Shown: positions 49,867-59,580 of the stretch, in pieces | How the letters are laid out: every line of letters starts with the position of its first letter | Position numbering within the stretch: position 1 is the stretch's first letter | Source: an uncultured Desulfosarcina sp. | Lineage (GTDB): Bacteria > Desulfobacterota > Desulfobacteria > Desulfobacterales > Desulfosarcinaceae | Direction: 5' to 3' | Assembly (NCBI GenBank): GCA_963674945.2 | Contig: CAXXWQ010000004.1 | Span: forward strand, 288,001 to 352,000 | DNA: 64,000 nucleotides | Position numbers and translations under genes: made by a program | Notes under the pieces: model-generated | Told to the model about the DNA's origin: nothing | Seen by the model: only the letters and a program-made list of their open reading frames with translations | Database searches by the model: none

Positions 49867-50184
49867 ATGGAACAGATCGATCCAATACAACTTGTGGAAA
49901 ATGCGGAAAGAGCCTCAAAACTGCTCAAAAGCATGAGCCATCCGAGTCGCCTGATGGTGTTGTGTTACCTGATGAATGGGGAGCGACCGGTTAGCGCACT
50001 CAATGAGGCCGTCCCCTTGAGTCAGTCGGCACTGTCCCAACATCTGGCGGCATTGCGGCATGCGGGCCTTGTAGAAACACGACGCGAAAGCCAGACGATC
50101 CATTATCGCCTCAACGATAAGGCTGTATTCCGGATACTCGAGGCCCTTTACCGAATCTACTGTTATCCCAACAATGAGGAGTAA
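49867..50184 (+). CDS. ArsR/SmtB family repressor, BigR/SqrR type
   Basis: Motifs LLKSMSHPSRLMVLC and LSQSALSQHLA. Two cysteines, in helix 2 and in C-terminal YRIYC. Confidence 0.88.
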   Translation: MEQIDPIQLVENAERASKLLKSMSHPSRLMVLCYLMNGERPVSALNEAVPLSQSALSQHLAALRHAGLVETRRESQTIHYRLNDKAVFRILEALYRIYCYPNNEE

Positions 50185-50189
50185 CGCTT

Positions 50190-50756
50190 ATGAACGGACA
50201 ATTGAATTGGTTTACGGGAGGTCTTCTACTGGGCGCAGCCTTTCTTCTGGCCGTGGCTTTTGTCAAACCCATCGGGGTTTCCACCCAGTTTGTTATTGCC
50301 GACGGCATCGTCTGGAACCTGTTCTCAGACAAGGTCGTTCAAAAGGCCCCTGAGAGCAAATCGGGTTATGCGAGCCCCAACGCCTATCTGAACAAGAGTG
50401 GTGGCAAATACGCCAAAAGCATTGCCAATCCGCTTAACTACAGTTTTGTCTTCGTCATTGCTATGGTCGTTGGGGCCTTCTTGTCCTCACGAATAGGCGG
50501 TCCCACCCCCACGACGCTGGACCGGAGCGCACCTGATGTATGGCGGCAGCGATTCGGGGAGAATCCTGCATTGCGCTATGTAACGGTGTTTTTTGCCGGG
50601 TTGCTCGTGCTTTTCGGCGCTCGCCTGGCTGGTGGCTGCACCAGCGGCCACATGATGAGCGGGATGATGCAGACATCTTTGAGCGGCTACCTGTTCGCCA
50701 TCGGCGCATTTGCCGCAGCCGTTCCCACAGCGATACTGGTTTACAGAAGAAAATAG
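50190..50756 (+). CDS. YeeE/YedE family sulfur-compound transporter subunit
   Basis: Motif GARLAGGCTSGH in a hydrophobic protein. Confidence 0.88.
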   Translation: MNGQLNWFTGGLLLGAAFLLAVAFVKPIGVSTQFVIADGIVWNLFSDKVVQKAPESKSGYASPNAYLNKSGGKYAKSIANPLNYSFVFVIAMVVGAFLSSRIGGPTPTTLDRSAPDVWRQRFGENPALRYVTVFFAGLLVLFGARLAGGCTSGHMMSGMMQTSLSGYLFAIGAFAAAVPTAILVYRRK

Positions 50757-50766
50757 GAGGTGCTTT

Positions 50767-51321
50767 ATGACCATCGTTCTTGCAATCATACTCGGCATTT
50801 TCTTTGGCTTTGCGCTGCAGCGCGTCGGGGCAACCAACCCGCAGAACATCATAAACATGCTGCGCCTTACGGATCTGCACCTCATGAAAGCCATTTTTTT
50901 TGCTATCGGCATCAGTAGTATCCTGTTATTTTTACTGATGAGTGTTGGCGTCATCGACGCTGGGCACCTTTCCGTAAAGAGCAGCTACATCGGCGTAATC
51001 GTGGGCGGGGCAATGCTCGGCCTGGGTTTCGCTGTGGCTGGCTACTGCCCCGGCACGGGTCTATCCGCTCTGGCGGATGGCAGGAAGGACGCTCTGTTCT
51101 TTATCAGTGGCGGTTTGCTGGGTGCCCTTATCTATACTCTTGTCTATGGCAGCATCGAAGGGTCTTTTCTTTTCGATAAAATCGCCGGCGGTAAGGTGAT
51201 GCTTGCGACGGGAGCGGACAAGTACCAGGCCCTGCTGCCCATGATACCGGGTACTTTGCTGGCCGCCGTCATCGGGGGGGTGTTTATGATCATTGCCTGG
51301 AAACTTCCCAACAAGGTCTGA
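50767..51321 (+). CDS. YeeE/YedE family sulfur-compound transporter subunit
   Basis: Motifs GIFFGFALQR and GFAVAGYCPGT. AGGAGG ribosome-binding site before ATG 50767. Confidence 0.88.
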   Translation: MTIVLAIILGIFFGFALQRVGATNPQNIINMLRLTDLHLMKAIFFAIGISSILLFLLMSVGVIDAGHLSVKSSYIGVIVGGAMLGLGFAVAGYCPGTGLSALADGRKDALFFISGGLLGALIYTLVYGSIEGSFLFDKIAGGKVMLATGADKYQALLPMIPGTLLAAVIGGVFMIIAWKLPNKV

Positions 51322-51531
51322 TTCCATCTGTGTATCAAAAGGCCCCGCACATCGCGGAGTCTTTTGATGCCAGCAATCGGTTAGGAATCAACCACAACCA
51401 GATCTTTTTATTGCACCCAAAATTGGCGTGTCACGAACAAGGACTTTTCTCCTTGACAGCCGCTATGGAACTGTGGCAGCGCTTCCGACAATATCCTAAG
51501 AATCGTGATGATAGTCAAAAGACAGGAGTCA

Positions 51532-52092
51532 ATGATGATGAAAAGCGACAAAATTCTGTTCTTTTTCGTGATCGTGTTGGCCGCAACGGTCGTACAGGCA
51601 GGCGCTTTCACATTGTCCAGCCCAACGATCAAACCGGATTCCTTTCTCACTCAGAAGCAGGTCTTCAATGGGTTTGGATGCAATGGAAAGAACCAGTCAC
51701 CGGCACTGCAGTGGACGGATGTACCAGAAGGGACGAAGAGTTTTGCCATTACCGTATACGATCCCGACGCACCGACGGGTTCTGGCTGGTGGCACTGGGT
51801 CGTCTATAACATCCCGGCCGATGTCACGAAGCTTGCCGCCGGAGCAGGTGAACCAACCGGTAAACATCTTCCTTCGGGTGCAATACAGGGGCGAACCGAC
51901 TTTGGTACCCACGCATTCGGCGGTGCATGCCCTCCACAAGGTGACACCCCGCATCGGTACATCTTTACGGTTCATGCACTTTCAACCGAAAAAATCGATG
52001 TTCCATCGGATGCGAGTGCCGCTTTCGTCGGATTTATGATCCACGCCAACACCCTGGGGAAAGCAAGCTTCACGGCAAAATATGGTCGATAA
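51532..52092 (+). CDS. YbhB/YbcL family (PEBP/Raf-kinase-inhibitor-like) periplasmic protein
   Basis: Signal peptide and motifs GCNGKNQSPAL, YDPDAPTGSGWWHWVV, GACPP and HRYIFTVHAL. Confidence 0.92.
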   Translation: MMMKSDKILFFFVIVLAATVVQAGAFTLSSPTIKPDSFLTQKQVFNGFGCNGKNQSPALQWTDVPEGTKSFAITVYDPDAPTGSGWWHWVVYNIPADVTKLAAGAGEPTGKHLPSGAIQGRTDFGTHAFGGACPPQGDTPHRYIFTVHALSTEKIDVPSDASAAFVGFMIHANTLGKASFTAKYGR

Positions 52093-52096
52093 CGGA

Positions 52097-55021
52097 TCAG
52101 GTTCCCTTTCCCAAAATGGAATCGATCTTTTCCGCCAGTTGCCTGATAGAATAGGGCTTTTGAATAAATCCTTGGCACCCGCGATTCATGATCTCGGCTG
52201 CTTTGCCGTCAATGCTGTATCCACTGGACAGTATGACGCGAGCGTTGGGATCGATGGACCGGAGCCTGTCGAAGGTCTCACCGCCGCTCATGTCCGGCAT
52301 GATCATATCCAAGATAATCAAATGGATGGCATCGAATTCATTTTCAAAACGCTCGATCGCCGCAGCGCCGCTTGATGCTTTGATCACCTGGTATCCCAAC
52401 GCTTGGATCAGCTTGGCACCTACCTCCAGAACGACATCTTCATCATCGACGAGCAATATGGTGCCTTCACCACCGATGAGAGGCTGCGATTTTTCCGACG
52501 TTTCCTGTTCCGGTTCGGTTGATGCAGGCAGATAAATATTGAAATTCGCTCCTTTGCCGATAGTAGAATCCACCTCGATGTGCCCGCCATGGCTTTTTAC
52601 GATGCCGTAGACCGAGGAAAGCCCCAACCCGGTTCCCCTTCCCATCTCCTTCGTGGTAAAGAATGGATCGAATATTCGTCCCATGGTTTTCTTGTCCATC
52701 CCGACGCCGGTATCTGCAACGCTGAGAAGAACATATTTTTTCGAATCGGAAAGTTGCGAATGAGCGGCGCAGTCGTCGGAAGAGACATCTCTGGTCGTGA
52801 GGAAAAGGTCACCGCCGTCAGGCATGGCATCGGAGGCGTTGATGAACAGGTTCATCAAAACCTGTTCGATCTGGCATGCATCGGCCTCGATTTTGGAAAG
52901 ATCGACCGCGAGATCATAGTGGATCGGAATATCTTTTCGGGTTCGCTTGATGGTTCCGGTACTTTCTCTAATGATATCGTTGAGATCAATGGTTCTCAGC
53001 TGATATTTTCCTTTGCGGGCATAGCCGAGCAATTGCTGTGTCAATTGGGATCCACGCTGCACCTGCTCTTCGATTCTTGAAAGTGCCCGGTACGTAACCC
53101 CTTCGGTGGTTGCGTTTTGTTTCAACAAGGTGGCATTTCCCATGATCGCCATTAACAAATTATTGAAATCATGTGCAATCCCACCAGCCAATGTACCAAT
53201 CGCCTCCATACGCTCGATATGGTAAAGCTGCGCCTCAATCCGCTTTCTTTCGGTAATATCCCGCAAAATAACAAGCATCCCCGCCGTCTTGCCTTCATGG
53301 TCATCATATTGGGAAGCACTGATACTGACATCGATGATTTGCCCGCTCTTGGTGATGCGTTTGGTTTCGAACCCGTGGCATAACGTTTCCTGTTCCACAA
53401 CCTGTCGAATTTTCTGTTGCGTGATTTCCCGCTCGGATTCGGGGACAAAGGGGATGGTCCGATCTTTTATCTCTTCGAAAGACCATTGGAAGACCATGGT
53501 AAACATAGGGCTGATGTACTTGACGCGTCCATGTAAATCGTAAATGACAATGGGGTCCGGGGAGGAGTGAATCAAGGATCGATACATCGCTTCCGTCCTT
53601 TTTGACTCCTCATAGAGGCGCCGATACTCCTCTTCACTCGCCTTTACAGCCTCTTCCGCCGCCTTTCGCTCGGTGATGTCTTTGAGGCTTCCTTCGTAAT
53701 AGATCACCCGCCCCGTTTGGTCTCTCACCGCTCGGGCTTGGTTTTCGATCCATATGGTGGACCCATCGCGTTTTCTCATCTGTGTCTCGCTGATATGGAT
53801 CGCTCTCCCATGTTCCATCTGTCTTTGCCATTTCTTTCTTTCTTGTTGATCGAGATAAATCTTTTCTGCATTGTATTTCTTGAGATCGTTCAGATCCGGA
53901 AAGCCGAACATCTCGGCCAAGGCCAAGTTGGCAGCAAGAACCCGACCATTGGTTGTGGTGCGGTAGAGCCCGACGGGAACGCTGTCGAACAGGCTTCGAA
54001 AATGGGCCTCGCTTTCCTCCAGTGCCGCCTGGGTCTGTTTGAGTTCCCGTACTCGGGATTCGAGATGCAAGATAAGTTCGTGAACCTTCTGGGACATGTT
54101 TTTCAGGGCATGGGCGAGTGTGCCGATCTCATCCTTTCGCCGGAGAAGGTTATTTCGAATGGGAATATTCCAATCATCATCCCCCAGTTCTCCCACTGAA
54201 TCTGCCAGACTCGTGATGGGATGGATATAGCGAGATACCGACCGGCGAAGAAGAAAAAAGGAACTGGTAAAGGTGATCAACAGCAAAATTATGGCAACGG
54301 CCCCAAAAACGGTCAATTGTCTGGATATGTACTGCTGATATCTGGAAACGATATCAGTGGCACGTATGTTCATTCTGACGATGGGAGCGGAAAACTCGTC
54401 GATATAGGTCGTCGCCGCCACCATCAACGTGTTCCCCTGAACAGAAGCATTGATGGGAAAAATGGCCATATACTTTTCCCGGACCGTTCCATCGGACTCC
54501 AACCAGTCATAATATCCTGCAGTCTCTACACCATGATTGGCGACTTCGATGATGCGCCACCAGTCGGGCAGCTTTTCCGCCAGCCGATGCATATCCGTGT
54601 CGTTTAATACGGCATTGGGGTGGACGCGGAACAAACACGTTGGAGATTCTATGATGGCCGTGTAACCGGTTTCACCAACCTTTTGAATGGCAAGTTCCAT
54701 AAACTGCGGGTCTTGACGCATCTGGGCGATGGTACGTTCCGGATGCATGCGGACGTATACCTCGATCTGCTTTGCCACATCCTTGGCCTTCGTGCCGATA
54801 TGGCCTTCACCCAAAGTCTGCAGGCCTTGTTCCGCATCGGCATTCAGCGCCGCAGTGCTTTGCACGATGAGTTCGGCAAGATAGTTACGGGTGACGACCA
54901 TACCGGATACGACGATGAAGCACAGGATCAAAAGCGGAATGATGGATAGGATAAGATAATCTCTGGCAAACTGACTTGCCATTGCATGGCGTTTGACCGG
55001 AACGCCCCTGTCGGCTGACAT
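52097..55021 (-). CDS. Hybrid sensor histidine kinase (Cache-like, HAMP, two PAS, HisKA, HATPase, receiver)
   Basis: Motifs AHDFNNLL, NASDAM, DTGVG, FFTTK, GTGLGL and ILDMIMP. Two transmembrane helices. Confidence 0.93.
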   Translation of the reverse strand: MSADRGVPVKRHAMASQFARDYLILSIIPLLILCFIVVSGMVVTRNYLAELIVQSTAALNADAEQGLQTLGEGHIGTKAKDVAKQIEVYVRMHPERTIAQMRQDPQFMELAIQKVGETGYTAIIESPTCLFRVHPNAVLNDTDMHRLAEKLPDWWRIIEVANHGVETAGYYDWLESDGTVREKYMAIFPINASVQGNTLMVAATTYIDEFSAPIVRMNIRATDIVSRYQQYISRQLTVFGAVAIILLLITFTSSFFLLRRSVSRYIHPITSLADSVGELGDDDWNIPIRNNLLRRKDEIGTLAHALKNMSQKVHELILHLESRVRELKQTQAALEESEAHFRSLFDSVPVGLYRTTTNGRVLAANLALAEMFGFPDLNDLKKYNAEKIYLDQQERKKWQRQMEHGRAIHISETQMRKRDGSTIWIENQARAVRDQTGRVIYYEGSLKDITERKAAEEAVKASEEEYRRLYEESKRTEAMYRSLIHSSPDPIVIYDLHGRVKYISPMFTMVFQWSFEEIKDRTIPFVPESEREITQQKIRQVVEQETLCHGFETKRITKSGQIIDVSISASQYDDHEGKTAGMLVILRDITERKRIEAQLYHIERMEAIGTLAGGIAHDFNNLLMAIMGNATLLKQNATTEGVTYRALSRIEEQVQRGSQLTQQLLGYARKGKYQLRTIDLNDIIRESTGTIKRTRKDIPIHYDLAVDLSKIEADACQIEQVLMNLFINASDAMPDGGDLFLTTRDVSSDDCAAHSQLSDSKKYVLLSVADTGVGMDKKTMGRIFDPFFTTKEMGRGTGLGLSSVYGIVKSHGGHIEVDSTIGKGANFNIYLPASTEPEQETSEKSQPLIGGEGTILLVDDEDVVLEVGAKLIQALGYQVIKASSGAAAIERFENEFDAIHLIILDMIMPDMSGGETFDRLRSIDPNARVILSSGYSIDGKAAEIMNRGCQGFIQKPYSIRQLAEKIDSILGKGT

Positions 55022-55228
55022 GCCTGGTTCTCCTCTGTTGGAATGAAAAAACAGTTTCGAATAACCTGTCAGGTGTATTACCTGATCCCGCAATGCGGTG
55101 GGATGACGTGAGATCAGTTACCATCCAGTGAGATTGCCAACCCTATCGCGCCGTTTTTATCTATGACCGAGCTGTAAAAGCGATGTGGATTTTACCTTTC
55201 ATACTCATTCCCGATATTGTGTCTTTTT

Positions 55229-56218
55229 TCACGAGAAATTTCGTTTTTTTGCAGGGTACTTCCAACAACGCACAAAATGGTCATCGCCCACACGGACCAT
55301 ATCCTTTAGTCGGTGTCGACATTTTCCTTCAAAATCAGGGCACTGGTCGCCGAAGACGCAGCCGTCGGGTGGGATTTGTCGATTGATCCGGTCGCCGATC
55401 AAAGGAGACCATCCCACCACCGTGGTTTCCGGGACCGCGGATAGCAGCTTGATGGTGTAAGGGTGATAAGAATGATCGAAAAGTAGTTCGGCCGGCGCCG
55501 ATTCCACGATGCGCCCCCGATACATGACGCAAACATGGTCGCAGATGTAGCTGACAACATTGAGATCGTGAGAGATAAACAGGTAGCTGAGCCCCAACTC
55601 CTTTTGAAGGTCCTTGAGCAGATTGATGATCTGGGCCTGTATAGACACATCCAGGGCAGAGATGGGTTCGTCGCAAAGGACTAATTGTGGATCGACGCTA
55701 AGTGCCCGTGCGATACCGACGCGCTGGCGCTGTCCACCGGAAAATTCGTGGGGGTACCGGTCCGCACTTCCCGCTGGCATGCCTACCATCGCAAGAAGCT
55801 GTCCGATCCGTTTTCGCTGTTTTGATTTTTCCGTGATGCCGGCAATGCGGACACCATCTAAAATCGACTGAGCCACCGTCATGCGCGGATTCAGGGAGCT
55901 GTATGGATCCTGGAAGATCATCTGAATCCGTTTGCGCATGGGTTTAAAGGCCCGCTCGTCCAATGCAGTGATCTCATGGCCATCAAAACGGACCACGCCT
56001 TCATCTGGATGCAACAATCGTAAAATCAGACGTGCCACGGTGGATTTCCCAGAACCGCTTTCACCGACCAGACCCAGTGTCTGATTCGGAAAGATGGCAA
56101 GATCGACGCCATCAACGGCCCGGACGTGTCCTCCCTGTCGTTGCAGAAGGCCCCGTTGCAAAGGGAAATACTTTTTCAAACCCTCTACGGTAAGAAGGGG
56201 GGCGCGGGTGGTATTCAT
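55229..56218 (-). CDS. Oligopeptide/dipeptide ABC transporter ATP-binding protein (OppF/DppF-like)
   Basis: Motifs GESGSGKST, YPHEFSGGQRQR, DEPISALDVS and HPYT. Confidence 0.93.
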   Translation of the reverse strand: MNTTRAPLLTVEGLKKYFPLQRGLLQRQGGHVRAVDGVDLAIFPNQTLGLVGESGSGKSTVARLILRLLHPDEGVVRFDGHEITALDERAFKPMRKRIQMIFQDPYSSLNPRMTVAQSILDGVRIAGITEKSKQRKRIGQLLAMVGMPAGSADRYPHEFSGGQRQRVGIARALSVDPQLVLCDEPISALDVSIQAQIINLLKDLQKELGLSYLFISHDLNVVSYICDHVCVMYRGRIVESAPAELLFDHSYHPYTIKLLSAVPETTVVGWSPLIGDRINRQIPPDGCVFGDQCPDFEGKCRHRLKDMVRVGDDHFVRCWKYPAKKRNFS

Positions 56219-57285
56219 GGGACACCCTTTCCTGTTTGCTCCCTCTCGGCGTATAAAATTGGGCAACGGGCCAGATGGCCATTGTTATAATCACAGAGTT
56301 TGGGGACCCCCTTTTGGCAGAAAGCCCGCCGGTATTTGCAACGCGGGCCAAAAGGACAGCCACGGGGACGATATGCGGGATGGGGAACGCTTCCGGGAAT
56401 ACTGTAAAGGCGCTGGCCACGTTTCTCCCTGGTTGGCAAGGAATCCAGCAATGCGATGGTATACGGATGCCGTGGGGCGTCGAACAGCGTTCGGGTGATC
56501 CCCTCTTCCACAACCATCCCGGAATACATCACGTAGACCCGATCGGCGATGGCCGCCACCACTCCCAGGTCATGGGTAATGTACCCGATGGCCATTTTTT
56601 TTTCTGCCTTGATTCTCTTCAACAGGTTCAGAATCCGGGCCTGGACGGTCACGTCCAGGGCTGTGGTGGGTTCGTCGGCGATGATCAGATCCGGCTCGCA
56701 GGCAAGGGCCATGGCGATCATCACCCGCTGTCGCTGCCCGCCACTCAGCTGATGGGGAAAGTCACCAAGCCGTCTCTCGGGTTCCACGATTCCCACGTCT
56801 TCCAGCAACCGGATTGTCCGCCGACGAACCTCCTGCTGCAAAATGGGAAAATGGGCCAAAATCGCCTCTCCGATTTGATCTCCGATGGAAAAGACCGGAT
56901 TGAGACTGGTCATGGGTTCCTGAAACACCATGGCGATACGCCTTCCCCTCAATTCTCGCATCTTGTTCGGCGCCAAATCCAAAAGGTCGTGACCATCGAA
57001 GGTGATCCGGCCTTCTGCAATGGCCGCCGGCGGCTGCTTGAGAAGACCCATGACGGCAAGGGCCGTCACCGTTTTTCCGCAGCCGGATTCACCCACAATG
57101 CAGACCGTCTCCTGACGACCAATGCGAATATCCACGCCGTCCACGGCCCGCGCCACGGGACCGTCGCCCGAAAAGTGGATCTTCAGGTTCTCAACGCGAA
57201 GCAGGTTGTCTGTTTCCGGTTTATCGTTCACAGTTCCCAGTTCGAGGTTTATGGGTTTACGTAGTGATATTTTAGCATTTTCCAA
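56215..57285 (-). CDS. Oligopeptide/dipeptide ABC transporter ATP-binding protein (OppD/DppD-like; start uncertain)
   Basis: Motifs [29 protein letters not shown] and GCPFGPRC. Confidence 0.93.
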   Translation of the reverse strand: MENAKISLRKPINLELGTVNDKPETDNLLRVENLKIHFSGDGPVARAVDGVDIRIGRQETVCIVGESGCGKTVTALAVMGLLKQPPAAIAEGRITFDGHDLLDLAPNKMRELRGRRIAMVFQEPMTSLNPVFSIGDQIGEAILAHFPILQQEVRRRTIRLLEDVGIVEPERRLGDFPHQLSGGQRQRVMIAMALACEPDLIIADEPTTALDVTVQARILNLLKRIKAEKKMAIGYITHDLGVVAAIADRVYVMYSGMVVEEGITRTLFDAPRHPYTIALLDSLPTREKRGQRLYSIPGSVPHPAYRPRGCPFGPRCKYRRAFCQKGVPKLCDYNNGHLARCPILYAEREQTGKGVP

Positions 57286-57302
57286 GGGTTGCAGATTTGA
57301 AC

Positions 57303-57448
57303 AAGTGTCGTCTCAAGACGGTAGATTTTGGTTCAGGCCAAGGCGTCATCTCTTTTGCGACCGCAGGCGTAGCAGCGCTACGTTGAGGATCGCGAAAGGG
57401 ATGAAAACGCCGGCCTGGGCCGAAAGATGCCGTCCTGTGATGATACTT
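57303..57448. repeat. ~145 bp imperfect palindromic intergenic element, family C
   Basis: The arms pair along the whole length (AAGTGTCGTCTCAAGACGG.../...CCGTCCTGTGATGATACTT). Central hairpin CGTAGC-AGC-GCTACG. Confidence 0.75.
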
Positions 57449-58616
57449 AACTTCTTTTTCTGAGTTTCGGGTTCAGGATATCCCGCATCCCCTCTCCAAA
57501 CAGGTTAAAGGCCAACACGACGATGAGAATCACCAGTCCCGGTGCGAAGGTCAACCAAGGTGCATCGAAAATAAATGCCTTTCCATCGGACAAGATATTT
57601 CCCCAGGTGGCGTGGGGAGGCGGCACCCCGAATCCCAAAAAGCTCAGACCCGCCTCCGTGAGCATGGCAGACGCGATGCCCAAGGTCGCCGACACCAGTA
57701 CCGGCGCCACTGCGTTTGGCATGATATGCCGGAAAATAATCCGAAGGTCGCTTATGCCCAGTGCTTTTGCCGCCATCACGAAGTCCTGTTCGCGAAGGGA
57801 GAGAAACTCGGCACGGACGAAACGGGCGGTCCCCATCCAGCTGGTCAGCCCGATGACGATCATGATGTTGTAGATGCTCGGCGGCAAGAGTGCCACCACC
57901 GTAAGAATCAAAAAAAACGAGGGAAAACAGAGCATGATGTCCACGACCCGCATGACCAGCGTATCCACACCAATGGCCGGATGCAGAAACCACTTCCGGT
58001 AGCCGGGTACGAAAACATTGGTCAATGGTTGTTTTCTCATCCAGCGAAAAAAGACAACGGTGGCGACCAGTGCCAGGCCGGAGGTAACAATCCAACCATT
58101 GGCAAGCAGTACGACAGAAAAAATAAAAAACAGGAAGATGAGAATATGCCCTGACTGGACCTCGCTATGTCCATAATAACCGGCGATCCCCCCGAGCAGG
58201 ATACCGATGCCGACGGATATGCCCACTGCAACGAATCCGACGGTAAGAGACACCCACGCGCCCTGGAGCATGCGGGCGAAAACGTCGCGTCCCAGATCGT
58301 CCGTCCCGAGCAGATAGATTCCCAGCGTTGGATGTGCATCCGCCGGCAAGGTGTCCAGTTTGGGAAGCGACAACGGTGGGCGAAGTTTTTCCTGCAGACG
58401 GACCCGGGCCGGATCCAAAATCGGGTCCGTACCCGAAGTGACGATCAGTCCGGTAATGGCGACGGCAAAGAAGATTAGAAAGATGACCAGGCCGTAGAAG
58501 GCCATTCGGTTCTTTCGCAAAAGATACCACGTCTCAGCCCAAGGTGATCGAGAGGGCGGCATGGAGGCTTCATCACCCTCAGTGTTGTAGGCCGCATCCA
58601 CAAGCTCGACGCTCAT
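57447..58616 (-). CDS. Peptide ABC transporter permease (OppC/DppC-like)
   Basis: Motifs LGTDDLGRD, FVMAAKALG, RHIMPN and EAGLSFLGFG. Confidence 0.93.
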   Translation of the reverse strand: MSVELVDAAYNTEGDEASMPPSRSPWAETWYLLRKNRMAFYGLVIFLIFFAVAITGLIVTSGTDPILDPARVRLQEKLRPPLSLPKLDTLPADAHPTLGIYLLGTDDLGRDVFARMLQGAWVSLTVGFVAVGISVGIGILLGGIAGYYGHSEVQSGHILIFLFFIFSVVLLANGWIVTSGLALVATVVFFRWMRKQPLTNVFVPGYRKWFLHPAIGVDTLVMRVVDIMLCFPSFFLILTVVALLPPSIYNIMIVIGLTSWMGTARFVRAEFLSLREQDFVMAAKALGISDLRIIFRHIMPNAVAPVLVSATLGIASAMLTEAGLSFLGFGVPPPHATWGNILSDGKAFIFDAPWLTFAPGLVILIVVLAFNLFGEGMRDILNPKLRKRS

Positions 58617-59572
58617 AGCTTGATCCTCGGATCCACCGCCATGTAAAGCAGGTCCGAAACCAGAGTACCGGCCAGAACCAGTACGGCGGTAAGGAAATTG
58701 ATCGTCAAAATTACTGGATAGTCCCTTGCCAGAATGGCCTCATAGGCCATCCGGCCCATTCCCGGCCATGAAAAAATAGACTCGATGATCACCGATCCGC
58801 CGATGAGACCGGGCAGAATCAACCCGAACATGGTGACAAAGGGAAGAAGCGCGTTTCGCAAGGCATGCTTATAGTAAACCGTATCCGACGAAAGTCCCTT
58901 TGCTTCGGCCGTACGCACGTAATCCTCACCGATGATCTCCAGCATCTGACTGCGAACATACCGTGAGAGGACCGCCACACCGCCGGTGGCACCGAGGATG
59001 GAGGGAAGAACAAGATGCCAGGTGCGATCCATGAAACGGTAAAATGGACCGGCCGAACCCATTCCGAAAGTCTCCATGCCGATGACGGGCACGTGAAGCC
59101 TGGTGACCACCAGGATGATAAGAATATAGGCAAAAAAGAAACCGGGGATGGAGATAAGCAGGTAGGACAAAAAGGTGGTGGATCTGTCGTAGATACCGTC
59201 TCTCTTGATGGCGGATCGGATCCCCACGGGAAAAGAAAAGGTCCAGGTCAGAAGGGTTCCCACCACAAACAGGGGAAGGCTGTTGAGAAACCGTTCCCAT
59301 ATTTTTCCCGATACCGGCAGGTTGTCCCGCCATGAGACGATGCGACCGGTGAAAAGATGCTTGTAAAAAAGCAGGTACTGCACATGCAGCGGCTTGTCCA
59401 GGTGGAACTCGGCGCGCATGCGTTCGACCATCTCCGGCGTGAATTTCGGATTGAGTGGATCGATCTGACTGGGTTCGCCCGGTGCCAGATGAATGATCAA
59501 AAAGCTGACCACCGACACGAAAAACAGGGTGACCAGCTTCTGAACGATGCTTTTTCCGAGAAAGGCCAGCAT
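58613..59572 (-). CDS. Peptide ABC transporter permease (OppB/DppB-like)
   Basis: Motifs HLVLP, DYVRTAEAKGL, KHALRNA, ESIFSWPGMG and DPRI. Confidence 0.93.
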   Translation of the reverse strand: MLAFLGKSIVQKLVTLFFVSVVSFLIIHLAPGEPSQIDPLNPKFTPEMVERMRAEFHLDKPLHVQYLLFYKHLFTGRIVSWRDNLPVSGKIWERFLNSLPLFVVGTLLTWTFSFPVGIRSAIKRDGIYDRSTTFLSYLLISIPGFFFAYILIILVVTRLHVPVIGMETFGMGSAGPFYRFMDRTWHLVLPSILGATGGVAVLSRYVRSQMLEIIGEDYVRTAEAKGLSSDTVYYKHALRNALLPFVTMFGLILPGLIGGSVIIESIFSWPGMGRMAYEAILARDYPVILTINFLTAVLVLAGTLVSDLLYMAVDPRIKL

Positions 59573-59580
59573 ACAATCCC

